A stretch of DNA of 64,000 nt. Source: Candidatus Babeliales bacterium. GTDB lineage: Bacteria > Babelota > Babeliae > Babelales > JANWKD01. The position numbers were made by a program, and so were the translations under genes. The stretch spans positions 1,088,001 to 1,152,000 of the forward strand of contig OY969622.1 of NCBI GenBank assembly GCA_963701665.1, in the 5' to 3' direction. This document shows, piece by piece, positions 49,400-60,010 of the stretch (positions within the stretch are counted from its first letter, which is position 1; every line of letters begins with the position of its first letter). A model generated the notes under the pieces. It searched no databases, was not told where the DNA came from, and saw only the letters and a program-made list of their open reading frames with translations.

Positions 49400-51034
49400 T
49401 TAATTATTATTTCTTGCCGGTTTCTTTATAACGGCAACATATAAACCATTCCACCAATTATCTTTATCGCCATTATACGGCGCAGGCAGTACTTCCTCAA
49501 AAAGAATAGTATAACCCAATTCTTTAAACGCATCTCGAGTGCCATTTCTTACTTGATCCCAATTCCAATCATCAACAATCGCGATAAAAGTATCTGCAAA
49601 GACCTTATCGTAATGAGTAAATGCTTTGTATTGCGCTTCATATGAATGGTTACCATCGTAAAAGTATATATTAACTGGTCTATAAAAAAGTTGATGCACA
49701 TTTATGGAAAATGCATTCTGATCTATGACTCTAAAAGCATTTCCCGATAAAAATTTATTCGTATATTGCTTAAAAACATCTTTTCCACCAAATTCAGACC
49801 AATTATCAATTGCAATTGGATCAATCAAATTGTTATTTTTATAAAGCCCAGCGATAAATGTAGAACCTTTATAAACGCCTATTTCAAGATATTGCGCACC
49901 TTCCAAAGAACACACGTTATTCAAAAAATGTCTCACTTTGGAACTAGACATACCATTTATAGATAAAACCTCTTTGGTTAGTTTTGATGTGTGTTCATTT
50001 GTTTTTGTAATACAATTTTTCACATGATATAGTAGGAATTGATCGTTAGTTAAAAAATCATAGTTAGTTTTTTCTAAAAATAACGGTAGAGAATCGTGAT
50101 ACAGATTTATATGTTCAATCCAATACTGCAAAAACAATTTTTCTCTGTTATATGGCAATCCCTTTATTTCTAAATATTTTTTTTCTAAAAAATCTTCCGT
50201 AACTTCACGCCAATCTTCAACTATAATTACTGGCAAATCTTTATAGAGATCATTTACTGTAGAGGAATGAACAACAGGAATTGACCCTACCAATAACGCT
50301 TCCCACGTTCTATAACAATCAAGCCCGCCACCAAAAGGGCTCAAAACAAACAAATATTGCGACATTTCCAACAAATATTTCTCAAATTGCTTGCGCTCAG
50401 CATTAAAAACGAAAGGCTTATTTATAAAGTGATTATATACTTGCGTTCGAGAAGGCACTGATTGACGTTTAGCGCGTATATCACTACTAAGCGAAAAATT
50501 CATGTATAATTTGTGTACCTTTTCTGTCCGGTCGAGTATATTCACACGTGCCAAAACAGCATCTAAGGTTTTAACATCATCAAAAACTGCACGCTTCAAA
50601 ATATCCATAGGGATATGAGAAAATTTAGGGTGCGTTATATCAAAATTCTGTTCATAACGATTTGGAATACCAATAGGAAGAGGAAAAAATTTAGGATGCC
50701 CTGTTATATCGGGATTTGCTCCGTACCATCTTAAAATACGCTTATCATCAAGATACTCAAAGAATTCGCCAGGAGAAGCTTGATCAGCATTGTGCGTCAC
50801 TAAGACGAAAGGCACCGTAATTTGAGGGAATATTATGTCGAAAAAGAATCGCAGAAATTTTCCATCAACATAAATAATACTTTTAGGTTCAATATTCTTT
50901 GGATCGAAGTTAATCCCGGATCTCAAAACTTGATATTTGGCATTTTTCTTAAAGCCATTACTTGTGATATATTCTCTTGAATCACCAAATAAATTTATAG
51001 ACCACAAGAGTAATAATAAATACTTCAATTTCAT
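49400..51034 (-). CDS. Exostosin/GT47-like plus Methyltransf_24-like fusion, paralog 2
   Basis: Same motifs; intact EIGVYKGS, YDGNH, VDDWN. Confidence 0.75.
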   Translation of the reverse strand: MKLKYLLLLLWSINLFGDSREYITSNGFKKNAKYQVLRSGINFDPKNIEPKSIIYVDGKFLRFFFDIIFPQITVPFVLVTHNADQASPGEFFEYLDDKRILRWYGANPDITGHPKFFPLPIGIPNRYEQNFDITHPKFSHIPMDILKRAVFDDVKTLDAVLARVNILDRTEKVHKLYMNFSLSSDIRAKRQSVPSRTQVYNHFINKPFVFNAERKQFEKYLLEMSQYLFVLSPFGGGLDCYRTWEALLVGSIPVVHSSTVNDLYKDLPVIIVEDWREVTEDFLEKKYLEIKGLPYNREKLFLQYWIEHINLYHDSLPLFLEKTNYDFLTNDQFLLYHVKNCITKTNEHTSKLTKEVLSINGMSSSKVRHFLNNVCSLEGAQYLEIGVYKGSTFIAGLYKNNNLIDPIAIDNWSEFGGKDVFKQYTNKFLSGNAFRVIDQNAFSINVHQLFYRPVNIYFYDGNHSYEAQYKAFTHYDKVFADTFIAIVDDWNWDQVRNGTRDAFKELGYTILFEEVLPAPYNGDKDNWWNGLYVAVIKKPARNNN

Positions 51035-51115
51035 AAGGCTCCTGTACTATTTTTACATTTTACTGTTATTTATTAAAAATATATCTTCCCCGAATAAGAT
51101 AGCTCATACAATGAT

Positions 51116-52693
51116 TCATTTTGAACCTATCCTAGTTGGTTTTTTTATAACAGCAACATATAAACCATTCCACCAATTATCCCTATCACCATTGTATTGC
51201 GCTGGAAGAATCTCTTCAAAAAGAATAGTATAACCCAATGCTTTAAATACATCTTGAGTGCCATTTCTTACTTGATCCGAATTCCAATCACCAACAATCG
51301 CAATAAAAGTATCTGCAAAGACCTTATCGTAATGAGTAAATGCTTTGTAGTGCGCTTCATATGAATGATAACCATCGTAAAAGTATATATTAACTGGCCT
51401 ATAAAAAAGTTGATGCACATTTATAGAAAATGCATCCTGGTCTATAACTCTAAAAACATTTTCCAATAAAAATTCATTTGTATACAGCTCAAAGGCGTAT
51501 CTTCCACCAAATTCAGACCAATTATCAATTGCAATTGGATCGATCAAATTGTTATTTTTATAAAGCCCAGCGATAAATGTAGAACCTTTATAAACACCTA
51601 TTTCAAGATATTGCGCGCCTTCCAAAGAACACACATTATTCAAAAAATGTCTCACTTTGCAACTAGACATACCATCTATTGATAAAACCTCTTTGGTTAG
51701 TTTTGATTTCTGTTCATTTGCTTTTTTAATACAATTTTTCATATGATGTATTAGGAATTGATCTCTAGTTAAAAAATCATAGTTAGGTTTTTCTAAAAAT
51801 AAAGGTAGAGAATCGCGATACAGATTTATAGGTTCAATCCAATACTGCAAAAACAACTTTTCTCCGTTATATGGCAATTCCTTTATTTCTAAATATTTTT
51901 TTTCTAAAAAATCTTCCGTAACTTCACTCCAATCTTCAACTATAATCACTGGCAAATCTTTATAGAGCTCATTTAATGTAGAAGAATGCACAACAGGAAT
52001 TGACCCTACCAATAATGCTTCCCACGTTCTAAAACAATCAAGCCCTTTCCCAAAAGGGCTCAAAACAAATAAATATTGTGACATTTCCAATATATATTCC
52101 TTAAGTGGCTTGCGCACAGCATTAAATACGAAGGGCTTATTTATAAAGTGATTATATACTTGCGTTCGAGCAGATATTGATTGACGTTCAGCGCATACGT
52201 CAGTATTAAGCGAAAAATTCATGTATAATTTGTGTATTTTTTCTGTTCGATCGGGTATATCCACATTTGCCAAAACAGCATCTAAGATTTTAGTATCGGC
52301 ATACAAAACTACGCGCTTAGGAATACCGATAGGAAGAGGAAAAAATTTGGGGTGCCCTGTTATATCAGCATTCTCGCCGTACCATCTTAAAATACGCTTA
52401 TCATCAAGATATTTAAAGAATTTACCTGGAGAAGGAAAATCAGCATGATGCGTCACTAAGATGAAAGGCACTGTAATTTGAGGGAATATTGTATCGAAAA
52501 ATAATCGCAAAAAATTTCTATCAACATAAATAATACTTTTAGGTTCAATATTCTTTGGATCAAAGTCAATCCTAGATTTCACAACTTGATATTTGGCAAT
52601 GTTTTTAAAGCCTCTGCTTGTGATATATTCTCTTGAATCATCACCAAATAAATTTATAGACCACATGAGTAATAATAAGTACTTCAATTTCAT
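51116..52693 (-). CDS. Exostosin/GT47-like plus Methyltransf_24-like fusion, paralog 3
   Basis: Long near-identical DNA stretches shared with paralog 2. Confidence 0.75.
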   Translation of the reverse strand: MKLKYLLLLMWSINLFGDDSREYITSRGFKNIAKYQVVKSRIDFDPKNIEPKSIIYVDRNFLRLFFDTIFPQITVPFILVTHHADFPSPGKFFKYLDDKRILRWYGENADITGHPKFFPLPIGIPKRVVLYADTKILDAVLANVDIPDRTEKIHKLYMNFSLNTDVCAERQSISARTQVYNHFINKPFVFNAVRKPLKEYILEMSQYLFVLSPFGKGLDCFRTWEALLVGSIPVVHSSTLNELYKDLPVIIVEDWSEVTEDFLEKKYLEIKELPYNGEKLFLQYWIEPINLYRDSLPLFLEKPNYDFLTRDQFLIHHMKNCIKKANEQKSKLTKEVLSIDGMSSCKVRHFLNNVCSLEGAQYLEIGVYKGSTFIAGLYKNNNLIDPIAIDNWSEFGGRYAFELYTNEFLLENVFRVIDQDAFSINVHQLFYRPVNIYFYDGYHSYEAHYKAFTHYDKVFADTFIAIVGDWNSDQVRNGTQDVFKALGYTILFEEILPAQYNGDRDNWWNGLYVAVIKKPTRIGSK

Positions 52694-52726
52694 AATGCCC
52701 AACTACTCTTATATCTCGTACATTTA

Positions 52727-53944
52727 TTATTTGTTAAAAATGTATCGTACTCGAATAAAATAATGCATATAATAATTCATTTTAAATATCTTATTCAGAT
52801 ACATCCCTTCTAAAAATTGCAGAGTATAAAAAAGACCAAAGACAAAAGCACAACAAATGAAACTAAGCGCATATTGTGGTGTTGGTAAGGTTAAAATAGG
52901 TGTAATGCTACTTAAGCCAAAGGTGCACAAAAATGCAATAATAAGATCATAGCGGCGCACTGAATAATAAAATGCAAACAATCCAAAATTTGCAAAAAAC
53001 AGAAGATAAAAAAGTAAAATCCCTAATTTTGAAAAAATAGTCCAAATTACGAAATACAATTGGGTTTTAATGAGCTTGATTACTTCATTTTTTAAGATTC
53101 TTTCATAATCGCTCGTTTGCGAAATCGACACGTCTGGATTAATTTGACGTACTTTATAATCCCCAAATGCGTCGTCCCATCTAATATCGTCTTTATTATT
53201 AAATTTTAAAAAACCGAATCCAATATATACTTGGTGCCAAAAAACATGTTTCGTTTGTAAAGAATCGAACTCTTTGAAATGAGTCTGAGCAAAGTTTCTA
53301 TATAATTTAATTGCATGTTCAAAGTAACAACTTGAAATGAAGATCCCTAAAAAAAGGCATGCTAACAATATGATTTTTTTTATAAATTCCAAATTTGCAT
53401 GCAACACTACCATGCACATAATAAACCCTAGTACGGGCAATGAAGAATATGTTCTCACATAATGAGAAAAGCCAATGATAATTCCTGCGAAAACCAAAAA
53501 ATAATTGAAAAATTTGGAATCGTTATTTCTTAAGGCAAAGTATAAAAATAAAGGGATAATTGATAAAAATGATACCAAGTATTCGTTATACACGTCATAT
53601 AATTGATAAAAAATAAGCCTTAAAAACAAACAAAATGATAGACACGAGACAATTTGTGTTGAGATTTTTGCTTTAAATAGCAATAAAAAACCGATTAAAC
53701 CAAGCACAAAAGCAACACCAATTTGGGAATAAAAAAATATATCGATTGCTTGCTGCAAAGAAACATTAAAAAATTGTACAATTTTAGGCACAAATAAATA
53801 TAAGCCAACATCATCAAACGTTAAAAAAGGTACAAATTTTGACCCATCAAATCCTACAAATGGGATTTGAATTTTTTCCATCGCTGCTACTATCTTTTGT
53901 AAGGTAACAAATCTGCATTCCATTATTAACATACTGCTTCCCAA
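52727..53944 (-). CDS. Polytopic membrane protein, putative GT-C glycosyltransferase
   Basis: DDVG in the first loop, HYVRTYS, HVFWH, WDD; multiple TM helices. Confidence 0.55.
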   Translation of the reverse strand: MGSSMLIMECRFVTLQKIVAAMEKIQIPFVGFDGSKFVPFLTFDDVGLYLFVPKIVQFFNVSLQQAIDIFFYSQIGVAFVLGLIGFLLLFKAKISTQIVSCLSFCLFLRLIFYQLYDVYNEYLVSFLSIIPLFLYFALRNNDSKFFNYFLVFAGIIIGFSHYVRTYSSLPVLGFIMCMVVLHANLEFIKKIILLACLFLGIFISSCYFEHAIKLYRNFAQTHFKEFDSLQTKHVFWHQVYIGFGFLKFNNKDDIRWDDAFGDYKVRQINPDVSISQTSDYERILKNEVIKLIKTQLYFVIWTIFSKLGILLFYLLFFANFGLFAFYYSVRRYDLIIAFLCTFGLSSITPILTLPTPQYALSFICCAFVFGLFYTLQFLEGMYLNKIFKMNYYMHYFIRVRYIFNK

Positions 53945-53969
53945 AATTCTTAAAAAATCTTAAATAATA

Positions 53970-55181
53970 TTATTTGAGAGTAATACCACATCTATATCTA
54001 TACGCCAATTTTTTTAACATAGCGCTTATTGGATATAACTCAATTAGCTTTGCTATGTTAATTATGCCAAAAAGAGTACTTGTCACAATAAATGATAAAG
54101 AATAATTGCCTTGAGGTAATGCCATGATAGGAAAAAGAGCGCTAATGGCAAAACAGAATAGCCAAGCTAACTGTTGCCTCCAATATGTTCGGGTAAAAAT
54201 TAAAGCCAAGAATCCTATATTCGCGTATTTGAGAAAATAAAAAAATAAAACGCCTAGTTTAGCAAAAATAGTTGCTATCACAAAAAAACGTTGCGTTTGC
54301 CACATATCAATCACTTCTTGTCTTACTGCTTTTTCAAATTCGGTCATAGTTAGAAATGAAAGTTGTGAATCACGCTTATTCACTTTTTTTTCAACACAAC
54401 TATCTTCAAACGATATATTATCAACGTTAAGATATTTCAAAAAACCAAACCCAGCATATACCGTCGTCCAAAAAGCATGCTTACTCGTAACATCACAATC
54501 CTTAAAATGTTCAGCTGCATATGTTTTGTACCGATAAACCTGATACGAAAAATAGCCGTAAGGCATACTTAAACCCAAGCATAACAAAAGAGCCAATGCA
54601 ACTTTTTGCTTAACAGTACTATGTACGCTAGTCAAAAAGGCAATAAGCATAAAAATTATAACTGATAGTCCTGAATAAGAACGTATATAATGTAAGGAAC
54701 CAAGCACTATACCACTTAGAACCACAAAGTATGGAAAAAGCCGATGAGATTTTTCCTGTAAAAAATAAAGATACAATGGCATGATACTTAATGGCGCTGC
54801 ACTATACGCTAAATAAACGTCTGTTATTGGAATATTGGTTATCGAATATAATAAAAATGCAAGTGATCCAAAACTGATAATACGTATTTTCCAAGAATTA
54901 TAGAGCAAAAAAAAGGCATATGAGGCAATTAAAAAAGGAATATACAATAACCCATAAAAAAATATATCGATTCCTTGTTGCAACGAAATGTTCAGCAATT
55001 TTACAATTTTTGGAATAAAAATATAAATTCCTATATCGTCAAAACAGCCTGTCCATGATCCTGCTGTTCCGGACATGGGTAAAAATGAGGCACCATCAAA
55101 ACCGATGAATGGTACATTAATTTTGTCACATGCGTTAAGTAAATATTCAAGAACCAAATAACGAGAATCTAATATCTTCAT
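53970..55181 (-). CDS. Polytopic membrane protein, putative GT-C, paralog
   Basis: FDDIGIY, HYIRSYS, HAFWT, FED. Confidence 0.55.
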   Translation of the reverse strand: MKILDSRYLVLEYLLNACDKINVPFIGFDGASFLPMSGTAGSWTGCFDDIGIYIFIPKIVKLLNISLQQGIDIFFYGLLYIPFLIASYAFFLLYNSWKIRIISFGSLAFLLYSITNIPITDVYLAYSAAPLSIMPLYLYFLQEKSHRLFPYFVVLSGIVLGSLHYIRSYSGLSVIIFMLIAFLTSVHSTVKQKVALALLLCLGLSMPYGYFSYQVYRYKTYAAEHFKDCDVTSKHAFWTTVYAGFGFLKYLNVDNISFEDSCVEKKVNKRDSQLSFLTMTEFEKAVRQEVIDMWQTQRFFVIATIFAKLGVLFFYFLKYANIGFLALIFTRTYWRQQLAWLFCFAISALFPIMALPQGNYSLSFIVTSTLFGIINIAKLIELYPISAMLKKLAYRYRCGITLK

Positions 55182-55334
55182 ATCAATCTTTATTAACCAA
55201 TTTTAATTTTGCGATTACTCTAACATAATTAGCTTTCATGTCTAGGTTAAGATCTTTCAAAATTTTGCTATCATAGATCCTACGAACCGTATTTTGTAGT
55301 AAAGAGGGTTGATAGTTTTCTTAAAAAAGAAAAC

Positions 55335-56294
55335 TTGAAGAAGCAGATGCAAAAAAAATTAGCCATCCAAAAAAAGATTTCAGTTATTTTGCCGGTATAC
55401 AACGAGAGTAAAAACCTGCCAACGGTTTACCACGCGTTAGAGGAATCTATGCACTCGTTGCTCGGTGCCTATGATTATGAAATTATATTTGTTAATGATG
55501 GCAGCCTTGATGAATCATGGTCGATCATCACATTGTTATCAGCGCAAAACTCAAAAATTAAAGGTATCAATTTCAGTCGCAATTTTGGCTATCAAAGGGC
55601 ATTAACAGCAGGCTATGATGCAGCAGTTGGCGATGCAATTATCACCATGGATTCTGATATGCAGCATCCGCCGCATTTATTACCGATGTTAATAGCAAAA
55701 TGGGAATCGGGTGCTAATATTGTATATGCAAAAAGAACCAATCGAGAAGATACCTTCTTAAAGAAAATGACTGCTCATTTTTACTACCAAATATTAGAAG
55801 CAATCTCTGATATTCATATTCCTCAAAATGTTAATGATTTTCGGCTCATAGATCGACGCGTATTAGTTTATATTAAATCAATGACAGAACACTCGCGTTA
55901 TTTACGTGGCATGATAGCATGGGCAGGCTTTGATTATGCGATAGTCGATTTTAATCAGCCCACTCGATTATCAGGAACAACAAAATATACCTGGAAAAAA
56001 TTATTTAAAATTGCTTTTGATGGTATTGCTAATTTTTCACTTTTCCCTTTAAAGCTTGCATGCTTCTTTTTCATACTTGTAGTCATATCAGGATTTAGTA
56101 TAGCAATGGGTATCGCTGTTCACTATGTATCGCATACTCATCGGTTTCAAATCATTGATTTGATGTATTTTTTGCTATATCTCACCTTCGGTTTACAATT
56201 TTTACTGTTATGGCTTTTGGGAAGAAATATTGGCATAATTTACGATCAACTCAAAGAGCGTCCCTTGTACATCATTAGAAAAAAAATCAACTGA
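55335..56294 (+). CDS. GtrB/ArnC-like polyprenol-phosphate glycosyltransferase (GT2)
   Basis: SVILPVYNE, NDGS, FSRNFG, MDSDMQHPP, two C-terminal TMs, RPLYII. Confidence 0.9.
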   Translation: MKKQMQKKLAIQKKISVILPVYNESKNLPTVYHALEESMHSLLGAYDYEIIFVNDGSLDESWSIITLLSAQNSKIKGINFSRNFGYQRALTAGYDAAVGDAIITMDSDMQHPPHLLPMLIAKWESGANIVYAKRTNREDTFLKKMTAHFYYQILEAISDIHIPQNVNDFRLIDRRVLVYIKSMTEHSRYLRGMIAWAGFDYAIVDFNQPTRLSGTTKYTWKKLFKIAFDGIANFSLFPLKLACFFFILVVISGFSIAMGIAVHYVSHTHRFQIIDLMYFLLYLTFGLQFLLLWLLGRNIGIIYDQLKERPLYIIRKKIN

Positions 56295-56316
56295 TTCCTT
56301 CTATTCAAACAATTGT

Positions 56317-57543
56317 TCAAATTCTTAATAATTTAAAATTAGCGATAGTATTAATACAATTTCTCATGGTATAAGCTATATTTTTTTCATACCTAGATAA
56401 GAAATGATTAATACTTATAATACAATAAAGAGTACTAAAACTAATAAATGAAAATGAGAAAAGGCGAATAGGTAATGCAATCAATGGAAAAAGTGTACTT
56501 AATGCAAAACCTATGAAAAATGATAGTTCAACTCGCCAAGGCTTTGGGTAAAAAAACGCAATTAGTAAGCCAAAATTCGCCGTAATTAATAAATAAAACA
56601 ATAAAACACCTAATTTGGCAAATAACGTCATTAAAACAAACGTCTTTTGATGCCTGCACAAATCTATAACTTTCTTTTTGACGATTTTTTCATATTCATT
56701 TATTTGAAAATAAGGTATAGACGGAAAATCTTTGTTAACAGCCCTTTCAACACAGCCATCATCATATTCAATATTATCCTTATTTAACCACTTAATAAAA
56801 CCAAAACCTGCATATATAGTATGCCAAAATGGATGTTGGGTTGGTAAACCATTAGAAGTATCAAAATGAACTACTGCATAGCTTCTATATTCTTTGATTA
56901 CGGTATCAAAATACATCTTTGAAACCATAAGCCCACTGACGAGTAATACTATAAGATATAGTTTTCTTTTATAATCAAAATCAGCATGCACCAAAAGATA
57001 GCACATTATAAAACCAAGAACAGGCAAACTAGAATATGAGCGGACGTAATGTAACATTCCAAGAAATACCCCTGAAAGAAAAAGAAAAGACATTAAAATT
57101 CTAAGGTTTTTTTTCTCTTGGCTGAAATATAAAAAAAGAGGAATAACCGCAAGGATTGCTGCACAATACGCTATATAAACATCCGATGCATAAACACAAA
57201 TTTTTAAAAATAAAATTAATGCCAAAATTGTTACACATCTTTGAAGCATAGTTTTATAGAGTAAAAATAATCCCCCAGCACCTAATGCTAGTGAACCATA
57301 AAAAAGTCCGTTAAAAAAAATATTAATGCCAAGATCAACCGATATGCCAAAAAATTTAATCAATTTGGGTATCAATACAAATATGCCAATATCATCAAAG
57401 CTCCCTGTCCATGATGCTAGAGTTCCTGTAAAAGGGATAATGTTAGTGCCATCATAACAAACCAATGGAACATCTATCTTAAATGTATTATAGGCATTCA
57501 TTATATAGTTAAGGGCTAAATATCGAGAAGGAAGAATGTTCAT
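56317..57543 (-). CDS. Polytopic membrane protein, putative GT-C, paralog
   Basis: FDDIGIF, HYVRSYS, HPFWH, YDD; start chosen to match the paralog's MKILDSRYL. Confidence 0.55.
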   Translation of the reverse strand: MNILPSRYLALNYIMNAYNTFKIDVPLVCYDGTNIIPFTGTLASWTGSFDDIGIFVLIPKLIKFFGISVDLGINIFFNGLFYGSLALGAGGLFLLYKTMLQRCVTILALILFLKICVYASDVYIAYCAAILAVIPLFLYFSQEKKNLRILMSFLFLSGVFLGMLHYVRSYSSLPVLGFIMCYLLVHADFDYKRKLYLIVLLVSGLMVSKMYFDTVIKEYRSYAVVHFDTSNGLPTQHPFWHTIYAGFGFIKWLNKDNIEYDDGCVERAVNKDFPSIPYFQINEYEKIVKKKVIDLCRHQKTFVLMTLFAKLGVLLFYLLITANFGLLIAFFYPKPWRVELSFFIGFALSTLFPLIALPIRLFSFSFISFSTLYCIISINHFLSRYEKNIAYTMRNCINTIANFKLLRI

Positions 57544-57574
57544 TAATCTAACCTTATTGTCAAAAAAGAGTGTC

Positions 57575-58282
57575 TTATTTGTTACCATTTAATTGTGCTA
57601 TGACAGCATACAGAGCTCCCACAGGAATTTTTGTCATGAAACGCTCAGTCCATCTTAGGTATTTGAATACGCGTGGATAAAAACAATAATATTTTGTAGT
57701 TAATGTCGCGTGCGGTAAAAACTCACCCATGATTGCGCGTGCATAGCTTGGATATAACATTGTTGCATGTTTATCAATTGGGTTATTTTTAAATGTTCGT
57801 ACCGTTAACGGATTAAAAGGATTCAATTCAAATAAAACGAAACACCCTTGAGGTTTTAAAACACGAAAAATTTCTTGCAGATATCCTTGATGACGATCGA
57901 AAGGAATATGATGAAAAGTTCCTGCTGAAAAAATAATATCAAAAGTATTATCTTCGAAGTCTAAATCAGACGTTTCATCGTAATTAACGGAAAATTTAAT
58001 CGAAGTAAAATGTTCTTGCGCAACCTTCACACTTTCGGCAGATGGATCGATACCATATAAAACCGATAATGGAAAATATTGTGAAACTAGATAGGTCATG
58101 AGACCATCGCCACAACCAAAATCTAAAATTTTTTGATTTTGTAGGCTTCTTGCCGGCATCCATTCTTTTAACTTTAATGCTTTATATTCTGCGAAGTATT
58201 CACTTGATTCCCCGGACAATGATAATGATTGATCAAGATTTTTACGATAATTTTTAATATAAGCATCGAATTCAGAATTCAT
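57575..58282 (-). CDS. Class I SAM-dependent methyltransferase
   Basis: ILDFGCGDG, GTFHHIP, FELNPFNP. Confidence 0.88.
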   Translation of the reverse strand: MNSEFDAYIKNYRKNLDQSLSLSGESSEYFAEYKALKLKEWMPARSLQNQKILDFGCGDGLMTYLVSQYFPLSVLYGIDPSAESVKVAQEHFTSIKFSVNYDETSDLDFEDNTFDIIFSAGTFHHIPFDRHQGYLQEIFRVLKPQGCFVLFELNPFNPLTVRTFKNNPIDKHATMLYPSYARAIMGEFLPHATLTTKYYCFYPRVFKYLRWTERFMTKIPVGALYAVIAQLNGNK

Positions 58283-58380
58283 AGGCACCTTTTTCAATTT
58301 CTTATAAGTCACTTAAAGTCTTTGTAATTTTTGCTATCATTAATGTCATTAACCCTACATTTTGTAAAGGTGCCAGAGTA

Positions 58381-59418
58381 ATGAAAAAGAAATTATCGAT
58401 CATCGTACCCATTTACAATGAAGAAGAAAACATAGCAGTACTTTATAAAACGGTGACCAATATTCTTCAACAGCTTTCTTCTTCCTATGAATATGAACTT
58501 ATCCTGGTTAATGACGGTAGCAAGGATACCTCTTGGTCAATCATCGCAGACTTAGCACAAACAGATACCCATGTTAGAGCCTTAGATTTTAGCAGAAATT
58601 TTGGCCATCAAATGGCACTCACTGCAGGGTATGATTATGCTTCAGGTGATGCAATAATAACTATGGATGCCGATTTACAAGATCCACCACACCTTCTTTT
58701 TGATATGATTAACGCGTGGGAAAAAGGTTTTTCTATCGTATACGCGCGTAGAGCGAATCGCATAGATAGTTTTCTTAAAAAAATAACTGCTCTGCTTTAT
58801 TATAAATTCTTAGATTCTATATCAGATGTTAAAATCCCTCGCAACGTAGGAGATTTTAGATTAATAGATAGAAAAGTCTTAGTAACATTAAAAGAATGTC
58901 GTGAAAAAGCGCGTTATTTGCGCGGCATGGTTGCATGGACCGGATTCAAGCACACGTTCATTGATTTCGATCGCCCTAATCGCCTCGCGGGCCAGACTGG
59001 CTACACATGGAAAAAAATGTTCAAACTTGCATTCGATGGTTTAACGGGTTTCTCGCTGTTTCCTTTAAAACTCGCTGCCTATGCAGGATTATTTGTCATA
59101 ACAACAGGTAGCATGATGTTCACCTACATTAGTATTGATGCTTTACTATTCAATACCTACTATCCTCTTTTTAAATGGCTAACGACCATTATTTACATTT
59201 TCATGGGCATACAATTTTTACTGCTATGGCTCCTTGGTGAATATATTGGTCGCATCCATGAACAACAAAAAAATCGGCCTCTTTATATCGTTGATGAAAC
59301 AGTAAATGTAACTATGTACGTACCAGCACGGAATACAACGATCCAAGATGAAGAAATTCCATATACTGCCGTATCAATGAAAAATACGGAGAAAGATAAT
59401 AATACTTCACCTTCGTAG
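58381..59418 (+). CDS. GtrB-like polyprenol-phosphate glycosyltransferase (GT2)
   Basis: SIIVPIYNEE, FSRNFGHQ, MDADLQDPP, GDFRLIDR, GEYIGRI, RPLYIV. Confidence 0.92.
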   Translation: MKKKLSIIVPIYNEEENIAVLYKTVTNILQQLSSSYEYELILVNDGSKDTSWSIIADLAQTDTHVRALDFSRNFGHQMALTAGYDYASGDAIITMDADLQDPPHLLFDMINAWEKGFSIVYARRANRIDSFLKKITALLYYKFLDSISDVKIPRNVGDFRLIDRKVLVTLKECREKARYLRGMVAWTGFKHTFIDFDRPNRLAGQTGYTWKKMFKLAFDGLTGFSLFPLKLAAYAGLFVITTGSMMFTYISIDALLFNTYYPLFKWLTTIIYIFMGIQFLLLWLLGEYIGRIHEQQKNRPLYIVDETVNVTMYVPARNTTIQDEEIPYTAVSMKNTEKDNNTSPS

Positions 59419-59935
59419 AACGTGCAGCATTATCAAATAATGCAATAATCTCTTTTGGTGACACCATGCGACTATTTTGTTCGGCATGATCTTTTTTAAA
59501 TTGACAGCGAGTGCCTCTATTATAGGGATTAAATTCAACAATAATTATTCTTCCATGAGTATTCAGAACCCGTAAAATTTCTTTACTATACAAAGAATAT
59601 TCTGTCGTTGGTATATGATGAAAAACATTCACGGCATATACAACGTCAAATGTATTATTTTCAAAAGGTAACGTGTAGGCATCTAACACTGAGAAATGTA
59701 TAGTTTTATAATCTTGAGAAGCTTGATCAATACTATTTTTATCTTTATCAACACCATAAAGTAACGCCTTGAAAAACGCATTTTGAACAAAGTTAGTCAA
59801 TTGACCATCACCACATCCGAAATCCAAAATAGTAGATTTTTTATTAATTAAATCTGGAATCAATTTTGTGATCTCTTCACAAACAAAGGCATCAAATTCT
59901 ATCTTCGATGCCTTATCAAGATCAAATAATTTCAT
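59312..59935 (-). CDS. Class I SAM-dependent methyltransferase, diverged paralog
   Basis: ILDFGCGDG, NVFHHIP, VEFNPYN; AAGGTG RBS before ATG 59935. Confidence 0.82.
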   Translation of the reverse strand: MKLFDLDKASKIEFDAFVCEEITKLIPDLINKKSTILDFGCGDGQLTNFVQNAFFKALLYGVDKDKNSIDQASQDYKTIHFSVLDAYTLPFENNTFDVVYAVNVFHHIPTTEYSLYSKEILRVLNTHGRIIIVEFNPYNRGTRCQFKKDHAEQNSRMVSPKEIIALFDNAARSTKVKYYYLSPYFSLIRQYMEFLHLGSLYSVLVRT

Positions 59936-60010
59936 AAAGCTCACCTTGAAAAAAAATAAAAGAAAACTACCTTTAAGTGTATGGTGAAAAAGTAAAAAAG
60001 AGGAAAAATC

